Source: an uncultured Spirochaetota bacterium
GTDB lineage: Bacteria > Spirochaetota > Brevinematia > Brevinematales > JAOACQ01
DNA length: 64,000 nt
NCBI GenBank assembly: GCA_963783575.1
Contig: CAWAOD010000013.1
Location: 96,001-160,000 of the forward strand
Direction: 5' to 3'
Shown here one piece after another: positions 1 to 9,872 of this stretch. The notes under the pieces were generated by a model, which saw only the letters and a program-made list of their open reading frames with translations, had not been told where the DNA came from and made no database searches. Every line of letters starts with the position of its first letter. The stretch's first letter is position 1. Position numbers and translations under genes: made by a program.

Positions 1-101
1 TGCGCAGTATGATTCAGAAAAACCAGGTTAAAAATAATGACAAATATAAAAATAATGATAAAAACACCGAAACCCAATAAAATTCTGTATTTGAATTTCA
101 C
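1..101 (-). CDS. 5' end of a membrane sensor or chemoreceptor-like gene (runs off the window)
   Basis: GTG at 101 with GGGG RBS; reads (M)KFKYRILLGFGVFIIIFIFVIIFNLVFLNHTA, a basic N-terminus plus TM helix typical of MCP/sensor proteins. Confidence 0.5.
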   Translation of the reverse strand, partial: MKFKYRILLGFGVFIIIFIFVIIFNLVFLNHTA

Positions 102-146
102 TTTTACCCCCGGCCGATAATAATTTTTGCTTTTTTTATGGTATTG

Positions 147-173
147 TTATCGGCTTATTTAGATTGGATTTAT
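147..173 (-). promoter_or_regulatory. possible sigma28 (FliA) promoter
   Basis: minus strand TAAA-N14-GCCGATAA about 45 bp upstream of the chemoreceptor-like start; spacing is 1 nt short of consensus. Confidence 0.4.
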
Positions 174-554
174 AATATAAAAAGATTTTCTTGAAAATTA
201 TTTAATCAATCTAAATTAATTTGTTTACATCAAAATATAATCTTATTTTACCGTTAAAAAATTAGGAATATCAGAATAAATCAATCAATTCGTTTATTTG
301 ACAGATTATATGAGTTTATTTTAAAATAGAATTGTATTGAATAAAATATCTGGAAGATTTCAATTTATTAGAAATTATTACTCATCATTATCTAATATTT
401 TTCGAAAGAGAATCAAGATTCCAGTTCAATTAGAGCAATTTGGACAATGAAAAAATAATTAGAAATCACCGGTTCCAATATTAATAACTTACTATTTCAG
501 TTGAATTAATAGAAAAAATAATGAATTTTACTTATGATTTAAATATAAGCAGGT

Positions 555-2888
555 ATGGAAATGATTATGATATTTTTATTTGCCGCATTAATCTTTATTT
601 CTTTTACTTCTATTATATTTCTTGTTATTAGGAATATTTATTTCAATTCTATCATTATGAATATCAACCAGGGAATAATTATTTTTAAATCGAACGGTAA
701 AATTATAAAATACAACAAAGCTTTTTTAGATATTTATAGGTACGAGAGGCAGGATATTAAAAACATCCGTATAAACGATCTTTTTTCAGGACAGAAAATT
801 GAGAGTTTAATTAGAGATATTAATTTATATAAGACGATGCAAGTCAACGGCTCCGGAAAAAATAAAGACACCATTTTTTTAAATCTTAGTTTGCAAAAAT
901 TACCATATTTCGGCAGGCAAAAATTTCTTGCTCTCATTACCGATATTAAAAATCAAAGTTCCAATGAAAGTAAGTTAAGGGAAGGGCAGAGGTTAATATC
1001 TATTTTAATGAGCAATTTACCGGGTTTGATTTATCTGGCTTATTTTGACCCGGATTTAACTCTTGAATTTGTAAGCGACGGGTGCTATGAACTGACCGGG
1101 TATAGTCCATCAGATTTCATTAATAATAGAAGAGATTTTATGTCTATTGTTCATCCCGATGATAAAAACATAGTGATTCAGGGAAGGCAAAAAGCTATCA
1201 TCAACAAAGCGGAGTTTCAAATAACCTATAGAATAATTACAGGTAAAAATGAGGAGAAGATTGTCTGGGAAAGAGGTAAACCGATTTTTGATATACTGCA
1301 TAATTTTGTTGCGATCGGAGGTTCGATCAATGATGTGACCGAATACAGGGAAATGGAGAATAAGCTTGCCGAGGAAAAGGAAAGGCTGTTTGTTACTTTA
1401 CGCAGTATTGGAGACGGTGTGATTACAACCGATATCAAAGGGAATGTTGTCTTATTAAACAATGTGGCTGAAAAATTGACGGGATGGGCGCAGGAAGAAG
1501 CCATGAATAAGCATATCGGGGAGGTTTTTCATATTATCAATGAAAATACAAGAGTAAAAGTTGCGAACCCGATTGATGCGGTTCTGAAAAACGGACTGGT
1601 TGTCGGGCTGGCGAATCATACTGCGCTGATCTCAAAAGACGGGACGGAAAGGCTGATAGCCGACAGCGGCGCGCCGATCAAGGATAAGCAGAGCAAATTG
1701 ATCGGGGTTGTCCTGGTCTTCAGGGATGTGACTGAAAAGCATAAAATGGAAATGGAGATGTCAAAAATAATCAAATTGGAGTCTTTAGGTGTACTGGCCG
1801 GTGGGATTGCACATGATTTCAACAACATCCTGACAGCAATACTGGGAAATATTAATCTGGCTAGATTCTATACAAGCGATAAAAAAATTCTTGATCTGCT
1901 AATTGAGGCGGAAAAAGCAACTTATAATTCAAAGAGCCTGACCGATCAGTTGCTGACGTTTGCGAAAGGCGGCGAACCGGTCAAGAAAATTGGGAATATT
2001 AATAAAGTCTTGAAGGAATGTGTCCTTTTCTCACTAAGGGGTACAATTATAAAAATTGAGTTTAATCTTGATGATAATATTCAGCTTCTAGAATTTGATG
2101 AAGGTCAGATGAATCAGGTATTCAATAATTTATCAATTAATGCCAGACAGGCAATGCCAGACGGCGGGTTATTAAAAATCACTTCCGGAATATTTGTATG
2201 TGATGATAACCAATCCTTAATCAGAAAAGGTGAATATTTACAAATTATTTTTGAGGATCAGGGAGGCGGAATTTCCAAAGAAAATATGCAAAAGATTTTC
2301 GATCCTTTTTTTACTACAAAGAAAGAAGGTAAAGGATTGGGTTTATCATCCTGTTATTCCATTATAAATAAACATAATGGATATATTACAGTAGAATCGG
2401 AAGTAAACAAAGGATCGAAATTTTTTATCTATTTGCCGATTATACAAAATCCTATAAATAGTAATGCGGTTTTACCGGTAAAAAACGAAGAAATAGTTAG
2501 CGGCAAAGGCAGGATTTTATTCATGGACGATGAGGCGGATATCCGTTCTTATGCAAAAAAAGCTTTGGAATTTCTAGGTTATGAAGTTGAATTGGCAAGG
2601 GATGGGAAGGAAGCCGTTGAAATATTCCGGAGCATGTTAATTTCTAACATTCGTTTTGATTGTGTTGTACTGGATATTACCATACAGGGCGGCATGGGCG
2701 GGAAAGAAACCCTGTCGGAATTAAAGAAGATTGATCCGGATATCGTGACTATAGTCATTAGCGGTTATTCAAATGACCCGGTTATCGCGAATTATAAAGA
2801 ATACGGTTTTACAAATGTCCTGATAAAACCTTTTAAAATTGAAGATTTGAGTAATGTACTTGCTAAGGTATTAAAATTAAAAAAGTAA
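555..2888 (+). CDS. PAS-domain hybrid sensor histidine kinase/response regulator
   Basis: N-terminal TM, three PAS-like domains, H-box LAGGIAHDFNNIL, N/G boxes (NARQAM, DQGGG, GKGLGL), C-terminal receiver (MDDE...LDITI...KPF). Confidence 0.95.
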   Translation: MEMIMIFLFAALIFISFTSIIFLVIRNIYFNSIIMNINQGIIIFKSNGKIIKYNKAFLDIYRYERQDIKNIRINDLFSGQKIESLIRDINLYKTMQVNGSGKNKDTIFLNLSLQKLPYFGRQKFLALITDIKNQSSNESKLREGQRLISILMSNLPGLIYLAYFDPDLTLEFVSDGCYELTGYSPSDFINNRRDFMSIVHPDDKNIVIQGRQKAIINKAEFQITYRIITGKNEEKIVWERGKPIFDILHNFVAIGGSINDVTEYREMENKLAEEKERLFVTLRSIGDGVITTDIKGNVVLLNNVAEKLTGWAQEEAMNKHIGEVFHIINENTRVKVANPIDAVLKNGLVVGLANHTALISKDGTERLIADSGAPIKDKQSKLIGVVLVFRDVTEKHKMEMEMSKIIKLESLGVLAGGIAHDFNNILTAILGNINLARFYTSDKKILDLLIEAEKATYNSKSLTDQLLTFAKGGEPVKKIGNINKVLKECVLFSLRGTIIKIEFNLDDNIQLLEFDEGQMNQVFNNLSINARQAMPDGGLLKITSGIFVCDDNQSLIRKGEYLQIIFEDQGGGISKENMQKIFDPFFTTKKEGKGLGLSSCYSIINKHNGYITVESEVNKGSKFFIYLPIIQNPINSNAVLPVKNEEIVSGKGRILFMDDEADIRSYAKKALEFLGYEVELARDGKEAVEIFRSMLISNIRFDCVVLDITIQGGMGGKETLSELKKIDPDIVTIVISGYSNDPVIANYKEYGFTNVLIKPFKIEDLSNVLAKVLKLKK

Positions 2889-2968
2889 ATAATTCAGAAC
2901 CTGTAAAAAAATCATTGGCAATTGTTAATGGAGGAATTTTCAAATTTATACAATAGAATTCAGAACTT

Positions 2969-3000
2969 AAAAAAGCCGCCGTTCTCCGGCGGCTTTTTTA
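2969..3000. terminator. bidirectional intrinsic terminator
   Basis: AAAAAAGCCGCCG-TTCTC-CGGCGGCTTTTTT between convergent genes. Confidence 0.9.
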
Positions 3001-3013
3001 AAAAATTAAAAAT

Positions 3014-3448
3014 TTATTGGGGTTGCATTTCTTTTTCAACAATTGAAGAAACAATGATCGATTTTTTTGATTTTTTTCCGCTCACTTCAACATACATTCC
3101 ATTCTGCCGCTTTGTGCTTTTTGCCAGAGCCAGAGCTTTTTCATCCCCTTGCTTATCGAATTTGACGAACGAGTATGTCCCATCCTTTCCCTTGAGCATA
3201 ATTCCATATCCGGATTTCACGCAAGGATCCTGGAGCAAGCAAGCCACAGTATGATTTTCAGGATTTGTCTTCATGTTTGCACCGTCGGCAGAAATACCGT
3301 TTGCCGTTGTAGCGCAAAGCTTATCAGCCAAATACCCGGACCACACAACCGATTTTCCACTTTTTTTTGACTCCTTTGCGCCGGTAAAAGAAACAAAACA
3401 TACGATCAATAAACCGGCAATAATACCTAACACAGCCAGTTTTTTCAT
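3014..3448 (-). CDS. exported hypothetical protein with Cys/His motif
   Basis: signal peptide; motif GYLADKLC...HTVACL...PC..SGYG; AGGAGG RBS. Confidence 0.8.
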   Translation of the reverse strand: MKKLAVLGIIAGLLIVCFVSFTGAKESKKSGKSVVWSGYLADKLCATTANGISADGANMKTNPENHTVACLLQDPCVKSGYGIMLKGKDGTYSFVKFDKQGDEKALALAKSTKRQNGMYVEVSGKKSKKSIIVSSIVEKEMQPQ

Positions 3449-3799
3449 GTTTTCCTCCTTACCATTCCGTTTACCAGAATGATTTAAATTATTAAAAATT
3501 AGTAATTGATTAATAATTTGTCAAATTGAAAATAGTATTTTTCAGACAGTTAATATTATTTTAATCTCTATTTTGATTTTTTTTCTCATTTTGATTATTA
3601 TTTGTAAAATTGATACTTAATAAGAAGTATTATTAAACCCTCTCAGCTCGCTGGGAAAATAGTTGATAATATTCAGTGAGGTAATTTTGTGATATCAAAA
3701 AATAAAGTTTGATTATCTGAAGGTTGGATAAATGGATAAATTGTCACAGCATACATATGGAAATTGATTATATTATATTTCATAAACCGGAGAAATAAT

Positions 3800-5236
3800 A
3801 TGAAACGTTTTATTTTTTCATCCATACAGACTAAAATCCTATCAATGTTGTTGATAATTTTGACGGCTACAATCATTATAGTTGTTTATTTTGTTTACAC
3901 ATCACAGAGATCCAGCCTGATTTCAACCATGAACAGAGGGATTTACCTTAATACAGAAACGCTTGAAACGGCGCTGAAGATAATGATGCTTGATGGTAAG
4001 GCACCTTTACTGGTCAGGACTATGGCTGAGTTAAAGAGCCTGGGCGATTATAAAGAGGTTGCAATATATAGAACAAACGGCGTTCTCGCCTTCAGCGACT
4101 ATTCTACTCTTGAACATGTAAACCTCAATCAGACCAATATAACGTTTCTTCAAACTCCGAGGATTGCTGATGACAGGAAGGATATTGAAAAAACGGAAGG
4201 CACTTCCAATATTAATATTGTTTTGGAAAAAAAGTTACCGCTACGAAAATTTCTAAGCGCGACAAGGGAACTTGAATATTATTCGCTAATAGAGAATAAA
4301 TCCGATTGTATGCGCTGTCATGGGAGTGAATATCCTTATCGAGGTGTGATTCATTTCAAACTGTCAATAGCCGGGACTTATGCTCAGATTGATAAAACCA
4401 GGAATTTCCTAATTCTTTTTTTTATAGGGGTCGGTTTGATCGTGGGCACAAGTCTATTAATACTGATCCGGACATTGATCCTGTCTCCGGTCTTCAGGAT
4501 AGGAGATGCTGTTAGAGAACTCGGAGCCGGGGATTTTAAAGCCCGTGTAAATTTGAAAAGCAGGGACGAGCTGGGTGAGTTGGCCGGAGAGATCAATAAA
4601 ATGATAAAAGGGCTTGAAGAAAGGTTTAAGCTTTCAAAATACGTTTCATCTTCGACAAGGGATATTGTAGCAAGCGATGAAACAACCGAAGAGACAAAAA
4701 AAGTTAATGTGACTGTACTGTTCTCTGATGTCCGCGGATTTACTTCTTATTCTGAATCCCATCCGCCAGAGGTTGTAATAGAAAATCTCAACCGCATTCT
4801 TGAAGTTCAAGCTGAAATCATAGAAAAAGAGGGCGGCGACATAGATAAATTTGTGGGCGACGAAATAATGGCCGTTTTCAAAAATGAATATACGGCGATT
4901 GTATGCGCAGCCAGGATGATCAAAGCTGTTTTAGATTCAGATAAGGGTCTTAATATAGGACTTCGGATCGGCATCGGGATTAATTCGGGAGAAGCCGTTG
5001 CCGGTCATATCGGAAGCAAAAACAGGCGTGAATATGCAATGATCGGAGACACAGTCAATGTGGCTTCCAGACTTTGTTCCATAGCTCAACCGAACAGTGT
5101 TTTACTTTCGGAAGGAATATATAAAAAAACATCCGATAAAGTTCAGGCCGAACTCTTGAAGGGACAAAAGATCAAAGGGAAAAAAGAACTCATTGATGTT
5201 TACATACTCAAATCCGTTTCAGTAAAAGAGCAATAA
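3800..5236 (+). CDS. class III adenylate/guanylate cyclase with HAMP and periplasmic CxxCH heme-binding domain
   Basis: two TMs, periplasmic CMRCH, HAMP (DELGELA..IN.M), catalytic motifs VLFSDVRGFT, DKFVGDEIMA, GDTVNVASRL; start placed at ATG 3800 after GGAG. Confidence 0.93.
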   Translation: MKRFIFSSIQTKILSMLLIILTATIIIVVYFVYTSQRSSLISTMNRGIYLNTETLETALKIMMLDGKAPLLVRTMAELKSLGDYKEVAIYRTNGVLAFSDYSTLEHVNLNQTNITFLQTPRIADDRKDIEKTEGTSNINIVLEKKLPLRKFLSATRELEYYSLIENKSDCMRCHGSEYPYRGVIHFKLSIAGTYAQIDKTRNFLILFFIGVGLIVGTSLLILIRTLILSPVFRIGDAVRELGAGDFKARVNLKSRDELGELAGEINKMIKGLEERFKLSKYVSSSTRDIVASDETTEETKKVNVTVLFSDVRGFTSYSESHPPEVVIENLNRILEVQAEIIEKEGGDIDKFVGDEIMAVFKNEYTAIVCAARMIKAVLDSDKGLNIGLRIGIGINSGEAVAGHIGSKNRREYAMIGDTVNVASRLCSIAQPNSVLLSEGIYKKTSDKVQAELLKGQKIKGKKELIDVYILKSVSVKEQ

Positions 5237-5263
5237 AGAAATATAATTTGGTAGCCTCAAAGC

Positions 5264-5674
5264 TCATTTCCATGTACTTTTAACTTTCATATTAATATAA
5301 TCGAAAAGCTGATCAGCCTGTTTACCACTGATTTTACCTGCCGGGAATGGGGGCATTTTCCCATGTGAATTGTCCGACATTCTGGGGTCTCTTATAAAAG
5401 CCAGGAATTCTTTAAAATTATCCAGTTCGTCGGTTTTCTTCAATGGAAGGCTTGAAACCACAACATTCCCTCCATTTGCATGACATCCCTGGCAATTATT
5501 TAAAAAGATTAATTTTCCTTCTTCCAAATCCGCAGTTGAATTTGTTTGCCCGCCTTTCTCAGGCTCGCTCTTAGCCGAAACCGCTGTATTCCAGTTGCCG
5601 TATACAAGTTTTCCTCCGAACCACCCCAGCCCCGCTATGGCTGAGAATGAGAGCGAATAATAAGAAATTGAATA
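5264..5674 (-). pseudogene. 5'-truncated membrane (DUF2231-like)/cytochrome c fusion
   Basis: frame is open back to a stop at 5675-5677 with no ATG before the heme motif; reads ..AIAGLGWFGGKLVYG..linker..CQGCH...KMPPF (class I cytochrome c). Confidence 0.65.
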
Positions 5675-5692
5675 TTAAAATTTATGATTTCA

Positions 5693-6151
5693 TCACCCCA
5701 ATATTTCAATTAAAATATCCTTCAAATAATCCAATGTCTTTTCCACTTTCGGGCTGATTTGACCGTTGTTTATTGATTCGGGCTGGATGCCGATTAAAAA
5801 GATGTCGGCTTTTGTTTCAATGAATAAATAATCGGCTAAGACCTTTAATGGAATATTATGTGTGGTGTAAAGAGCAAGATCATTGAGCTTTTGCCTTTCG
5901 ATAATACTCATAGAACCGGGTTCTGCTCCCATATCAACCGCATCAACCATAATAACTGTATCCGGAGTCAACTCTTTAATTTTGCCTGTATAATTCTCAG
6001 GAGTTTCTTCACAATTAATAATATTTGCTTTAACCTTTCCTTCAATCTTTTCCGAAAGGGCCGGGCCGGCCCCGTCATCACCCCTCATTCTATTTCCTAT
6101 GCAGAGGATAACTGTTTTTGCTTTTAATCTCTTTTCTAACTGTTCAATCAT
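5693..6151 (-). CDS. hycI: hydrogenase maturation endopeptidase, HycI family
   Basis: LCIGNRMRGDDGAG, ETPEN, VDAVDMG, TTHNIPL, LIGIQP motifs. Confidence 0.92.
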   Translation of the reverse strand: MIEQLEKRLKAKTVILCIGNRMRGDDGAGPALSEKIEGKVKANIINCEETPENYTGKIKELTPDTVIMVDAVDMGAEPGSMSIIERQKLNDLALYTTHNIPLKVLADYLFIETKADIFLIGIQPESINNGQISPKVEKTLDYLKDILIEILG

Positions 6152-6289
6152 ATATATCCTTCAATTTGAAATTGTTCAATTTAAAATTATTTTAAGTTTA
6201 CTTTTTTGTTTTAATGATAGGCACTTCTAATAACTCATTATTAGGAATGCCTGTTTAAATATTGATGAAGTTTTTGTCTTTCTTTCATA

Positions 6290-6361
6290 TTTACAAAAAC
6301 TTTAGGGCAGTCCATTTTCTTAAAAACTGGTTTTAATGAGATTTTCGAACTGCCCAGATAT
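6290..6361. repeat. dispersed miniature inverted-repeat element (copy 1; copy 2 at 58590-58680)
   Basis: GGGCAGT...ACTGCCC ends and shared core AAAAACTGGTTTTAATGAGAT.TT.GAACTGCCCA.ATAT in both copies. Confidence 0.8.
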
Positions 6362-6632
6362 AATAATATCCTAAAGCCGTTATAATATCAAAATATAAAG
6401 GGCCAAAATTTTAATAATAATTATTTTAACTGCTATAATAATGGATTATTATAATGTTTTTTGTGTTATTTTATATTTAATGCTATAATACAAGATTCTA
6501 AATATGGATACAATAGAATCTTTATTATATGCAAATCAGTTGTTCGAGCAGAGTAACAATGAAAATTACAAATCAATAAAGCATACAAAATAATTTTTTA
6601 CTCACATTATACAATTTAAATCGGAGGAAATT

Positions 6633-7118
6633 ATGTTTGAGAAAAAAGAAGCGGCGGTTCGGTTTACCGATGAGCTGATTCAATATATAGATAAATGGAA
6701 AAATAAAGAGGGGAATCTGATAATGATTCTCCACAGGGTTCAGGAAGAATATGGATATATTCCCAGGGAAGTCGCGCTGCAGATATCCAGGCAGCTTAAT
6801 GTTCCCCTTGCTAAAATTTATGGTGTTATTACTTTCTATCATTACTTCAGGCTTACCAAGCCCGGCAAGCACACAATCTCGGTATGTCTGGGTACAGCCT
6901 GCTATTTAAAAGACGGTGAAGATATTACAAAAGAGCTTGAATCCGATCTCGGGATCGGAGTTGGCGGAACAACCGAAGATAATGTTTTTTCGCTTCAGGC
7001 TGTTAGATGTGTCGGATGCTGCGGACTTGCGCCGGTTGTGGTAATCGATAACGAAGTATTCGGCAGGCTAAAAAAAGACGATCTGCCCCAGCTTCTTTCT
7101 AAATACAGAACAAAATAA
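6633..7118 (+). CDS. hndA: [FeFe]-hydrogenase NuoE-like 2Fe-2S subunit (HndA/HydC)
   Basis: VCLGTACYLK, VRCVGCCGLAP; first gene of the operon. Confidence 0.93.
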   Translation: MFEKKEAAVRFTDELIQYIDKWKNKEGNLIMILHRVQEEYGYIPREVALQISRQLNVPLAKIYGVITFYHYFRLTKPGKHTISVCLGTACYLKDGEDITKELESDLGIGVGGTTEDNVFSLQAVRCVGCCGLAPVVVIDNEVFGRLKKDDLPQLLSKYRTK

Positions 7119-7591
7119 TGTTTGGAAGAATTTCGGAAATAATATATAAACTAATTAATAATTCGATAGAATCAAAAGCTTCATTGATAATTCTGGATTA
7201 TATTGAAATAAATAGAAAAGAGCTTAAAATTTTTATTTTCGATAACCGGATAATTGATGAGACAAGTAAAAACGATGATGGTCTTCAGATCAAAAAAGAA
7301 TGCGATACATTGGCAGTAAAATTAGAGATTGAGGCGGGACAGAAGGAAGGAAATTCGATATATCTTGAACTGAATTTATTAAAACCGGAAAATCCTTCCG
7401 AATTATTTACGAAAATCATGACGATAAAAGGAAATTTAGAATTGGTAATCAATCGTATAAAAGATAAAAATAAATATTCTTTAATAAGAAGTGAAATTAT
7501 TGCGGAAGCAGGTAGTTCACTGGAAAATATTGATGAATCATCAATAAAAAAATATATTATAGAATTGGAGAAATTATTATGGGAAAAATGA
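7118..7591 (+). CDS. degenerate histidine-kinase-like ATPase of hydrogenase operons
   Basis: N-box-like LINNSIESKAS..I.I.DN retained, glycine boxes absent; overlaps the hndA stop and the hndB start. Confidence 0.55.
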   Translation: MFGRISEIIYKLINNSIESKASLIILDYIEINRKELKIFIFDNRIIDETSKNDDGLQIKKECDTLAVKLEIEAGQKEGNSIYLELNLLKPENPSELFTKIMTIKGNLELVINRIKDKNKYSLIRSEIIAEAGSSLENIDESSIKKYIIELEKLLWEK

Positions 7592-8002
7592 ATTTGAAAG
7601 GCCTTCAAAGTTTAAGAGAAAATTTGAAAAATGATTTTGAAAAAAAGGTCAATGAAAATAAAGAAATAACAATACTGGTAGGAATGGGAACCTGCGGAAT
7701 AGCTGCTGGTGCTAAAGAAACCATGCTCGACTTTTACAGATCAAATTGAAAAAATGGGGATGAAAAATGTAAAAATCAAACCGACCGGGTGCATGGGTTC
7801 ATGCTACGTGGAACCCACCGTAGAGGTTATTGTGCCGGGTATGCCGCAAATATTATACGGCAAGGTTAATCCCGAGACAGCGAAAAAAATTATGGAACAG
7901 CATATACTTCAAAAACAGCTTGTAAACGATCATATCTATGATAAACCGGCGATTGATATAATAAATCCGGCAACGCCGGTAAAGTTAAAACAGGATAAAT
8001 AA
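7579..8002 (+). CDS. hndB: thioredoxin-like 2Fe-2S hydrogenase subunit (HndB), frameshifted as assembled
   Basis: ATG 7579 gives MGKMNL...VGMGTCGIAAGAKETMLDF; removing one T from TTTT at 7732-7735 joins TDQIEK...TGCMGSCYVEPTVEV. Confidence 0.85.
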
Positions 8003-8070
8003 TTTTATGAATAAAGATAGCTTCGTTATTATCATCATGTTCAACCGTTCGAAGGTCTTCAGAGGAGGAA

Positions 8071-9861
8071 ATGATGGCTTATAAGAAGTATGTTCTGGTT
8101 TGCGGTGGCGGAAAATGCGAATCGAACAGGTCGAATGAAATTTTTGAAAATATAAATAAAGAATTGATTTCACATGGAATAAAAGATGAAGTACAGGTTG
8201 TAAAAACCGGGTGCTTCGGCTTTTGTGAAGAAGGCCCGGTTGTAAAAATACTTCCGGATGAGATTTTTTACACGAAAGTCAAGCCTGAAGATGCATCGGA
8301 AATTGTTTCCGAACATCTTTTGAAAGGCAGGCCTGTTGCAAGAATTTTGTATGATAATAAATTGAGCAAAACAAATGTAAAAATCGATAATCTTGATTTT
8401 TACCAGAAGCAATTTCGTATTGTGTTGCGGAATTGCGGGGTAATAAATCCTGAAGATATAAATGAATATATCGCAAGGGACGGGTACCTTGGTCTTGAAA
8501 AAGCCCTTTTCGCAATGAAACCAGATGACATTATAAGCGAACTAAAAATTTCAGGCCTCCGCGGAAGAGGCGGCGCCGGGTTCCCGACTTGGCAAAAATG
8601 GATCCTAACCAAACAGGAAAAAGAAAAAACAAAATATGTCGTCTGTAACGCCGATGAAGGTGATCCGGGCGCTTATATGAACAGAAGCACAATCGAGGGC
8701 GACCCGCATTCGCTTCTTGAAGCAATGATAATATGCGGATATACGGTAGGTTCGAATGATGGTTATATCTACATCCGCGCAGAATATCCACTGGCGATAA
8801 AGAGGCTTGAAATAGCCATCGAACAGGCAAAGGAACTTGGACTTCTAGGGAAAAACATCCTTGGAAGCGGCTTTGATTTCGATATTGAGATCCGTCTTGG
8901 AGCGGGGGCTTATGTTTGCGGTGAAGAAACTGCACTGCTCGCTTCAATAGAAGGCAACCGCGGTATGCCAAGGGTAAGGCCTCCATTCCCGGCGACAAAG
9001 GGATTATGGGGGAAGCCAACGGTCATAAACAATGTCGAAACATATGTAAATATTCCGGTTATTATTGCAAGAGGCGGGAAATGGTTCGCCGGTATAGGTA
9101 CCGAAACATCTAAAGGAACAAAGGTCTTTGCACTAACCGGGAAAGTTAACAATTCTGGCCTTGTTGAAGTACCGCTTGGCTTAACGCTTCGTGAGATTAT
9201 ATTCGATATAGGCGGCGGAATAAAAGACGGGAAAAAGTTCAAAGCCATCCAGAGCGGCGGACCTTCCGGAGGGGTAATTCCGGAAGAAATCCTGGATACG
9301 CAGATCGATTATGAAAACCTGAGAAAACTAGGCGCCATAATGGGCTCCGGTGGATTGATAGTGATGGATGAAGACGATTGTATGATAGATATAGCTAAGT
9401 TTTATATAAAGTTTGCCGTAGACGAATCATGCGGGAAATGCTCGCCATGCCGGATCGGAGGAAGACAGCTTCTTGAAATACTCGACAGGATAAGTATCGG
9501 AAAAGGCGAAATGGATTACCTTGACGATATGAAGCGTATATGCTTTGCAATGCAGAAGGCTTCCCTGTGCGGGCTGGGGCAGAACACGCCAAATCCTGTT
9601 TTATCGACTATAAAATATTTCAATGAAGAATATATCGACCATATAAAAAATAAAAAATGTACTTCGGGATCATGCCGAAACCTGATAACATATCTTATCG
9701 ATCCTGATAAATGCGTCGGTTGCGGTCTTTGCGCTATGAAATGCCCCGTGAACTGCATAAGCGGCGAAAAGCGGAAACCGCATACAATTGATCAGATTAA
9801 ATGCATTAAGTGCGGTAACTGCTTCCAGGTATGTAAATTCGGTGCTGTTCTGAAGAGCTGA
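8071..9861 (+). CDS. hndC: [FeFe]-hydrogenase NuoF-like NAD(P)H/FMN subunit (HndC/HydB)
   Basis: SGLRGRGGAGFPT, CNADEGDPGA, YVCGEETAL, ESCGKCSPCR, C-terminal 2x[4Fe-4S]. Confidence 0.96.
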   Translation: MMAYKKYVLVCGGGKCESNRSNEIFENINKELISHGIKDEVQVVKTGCFGFCEEGPVVKILPDEIFYTKVKPEDASEIVSEHLLKGRPVARILYDNKLSKTNVKIDNLDFYQKQFRIVLRNCGVINPEDINEYIARDGYLGLEKALFAMKPDDIISELKISGLRGRGGAGFPTWQKWILTKQEKEKTKYVVCNADEGDPGAYMNRSTIEGDPHSLLEAMIICGYTVGSNDGYIYIRAEYPLAIKRLEIAIEQAKELGLLGKNILGSGFDFDIEIRLGAGAYVCGEETALLASIEGNRGMPRVRPPFPATKGLWGKPTVINNVETYVNIPVIIARGGKWFAGIGTETSKGTKVFALTGKVNNSGLVEVPLGLTLREIIFDIGGGIKDGKKFKAIQSGGPSGGVIPEEILDTQIDYENLRKLGAIMGSGGLIVMDEDDCMIDIAKFYIKFAVDESCGKCSPCRIGGRQLLEILDRISIGKGEMDYLDDMKRICFAMQKASLCGLGQNTPNPVLSTIKYFNEEYIDHIKNKKCTSGSCRNLITYLIDPDKCVGCGLCAMKCPVNCISGEKRKPHTIDQIKCIKCGNCFQVCKFGAVLKS

Positions 9862-9872
9862 GGAGGAAAATA

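Noticed and set aside
6400..6632. Rex operator upstream of the hydrogenase operon
   Set aside because: Only weak partial matches to TTGTGAA-N4-TTCACAA, expected by chance at this AT content
7579..8002. Stop-codon reassignment or selenocysteine as the cause of split genes
   Set aside because: The splits are frame changes, not in-frame stops, and TAA, TAG and TGA all terminate intact genes
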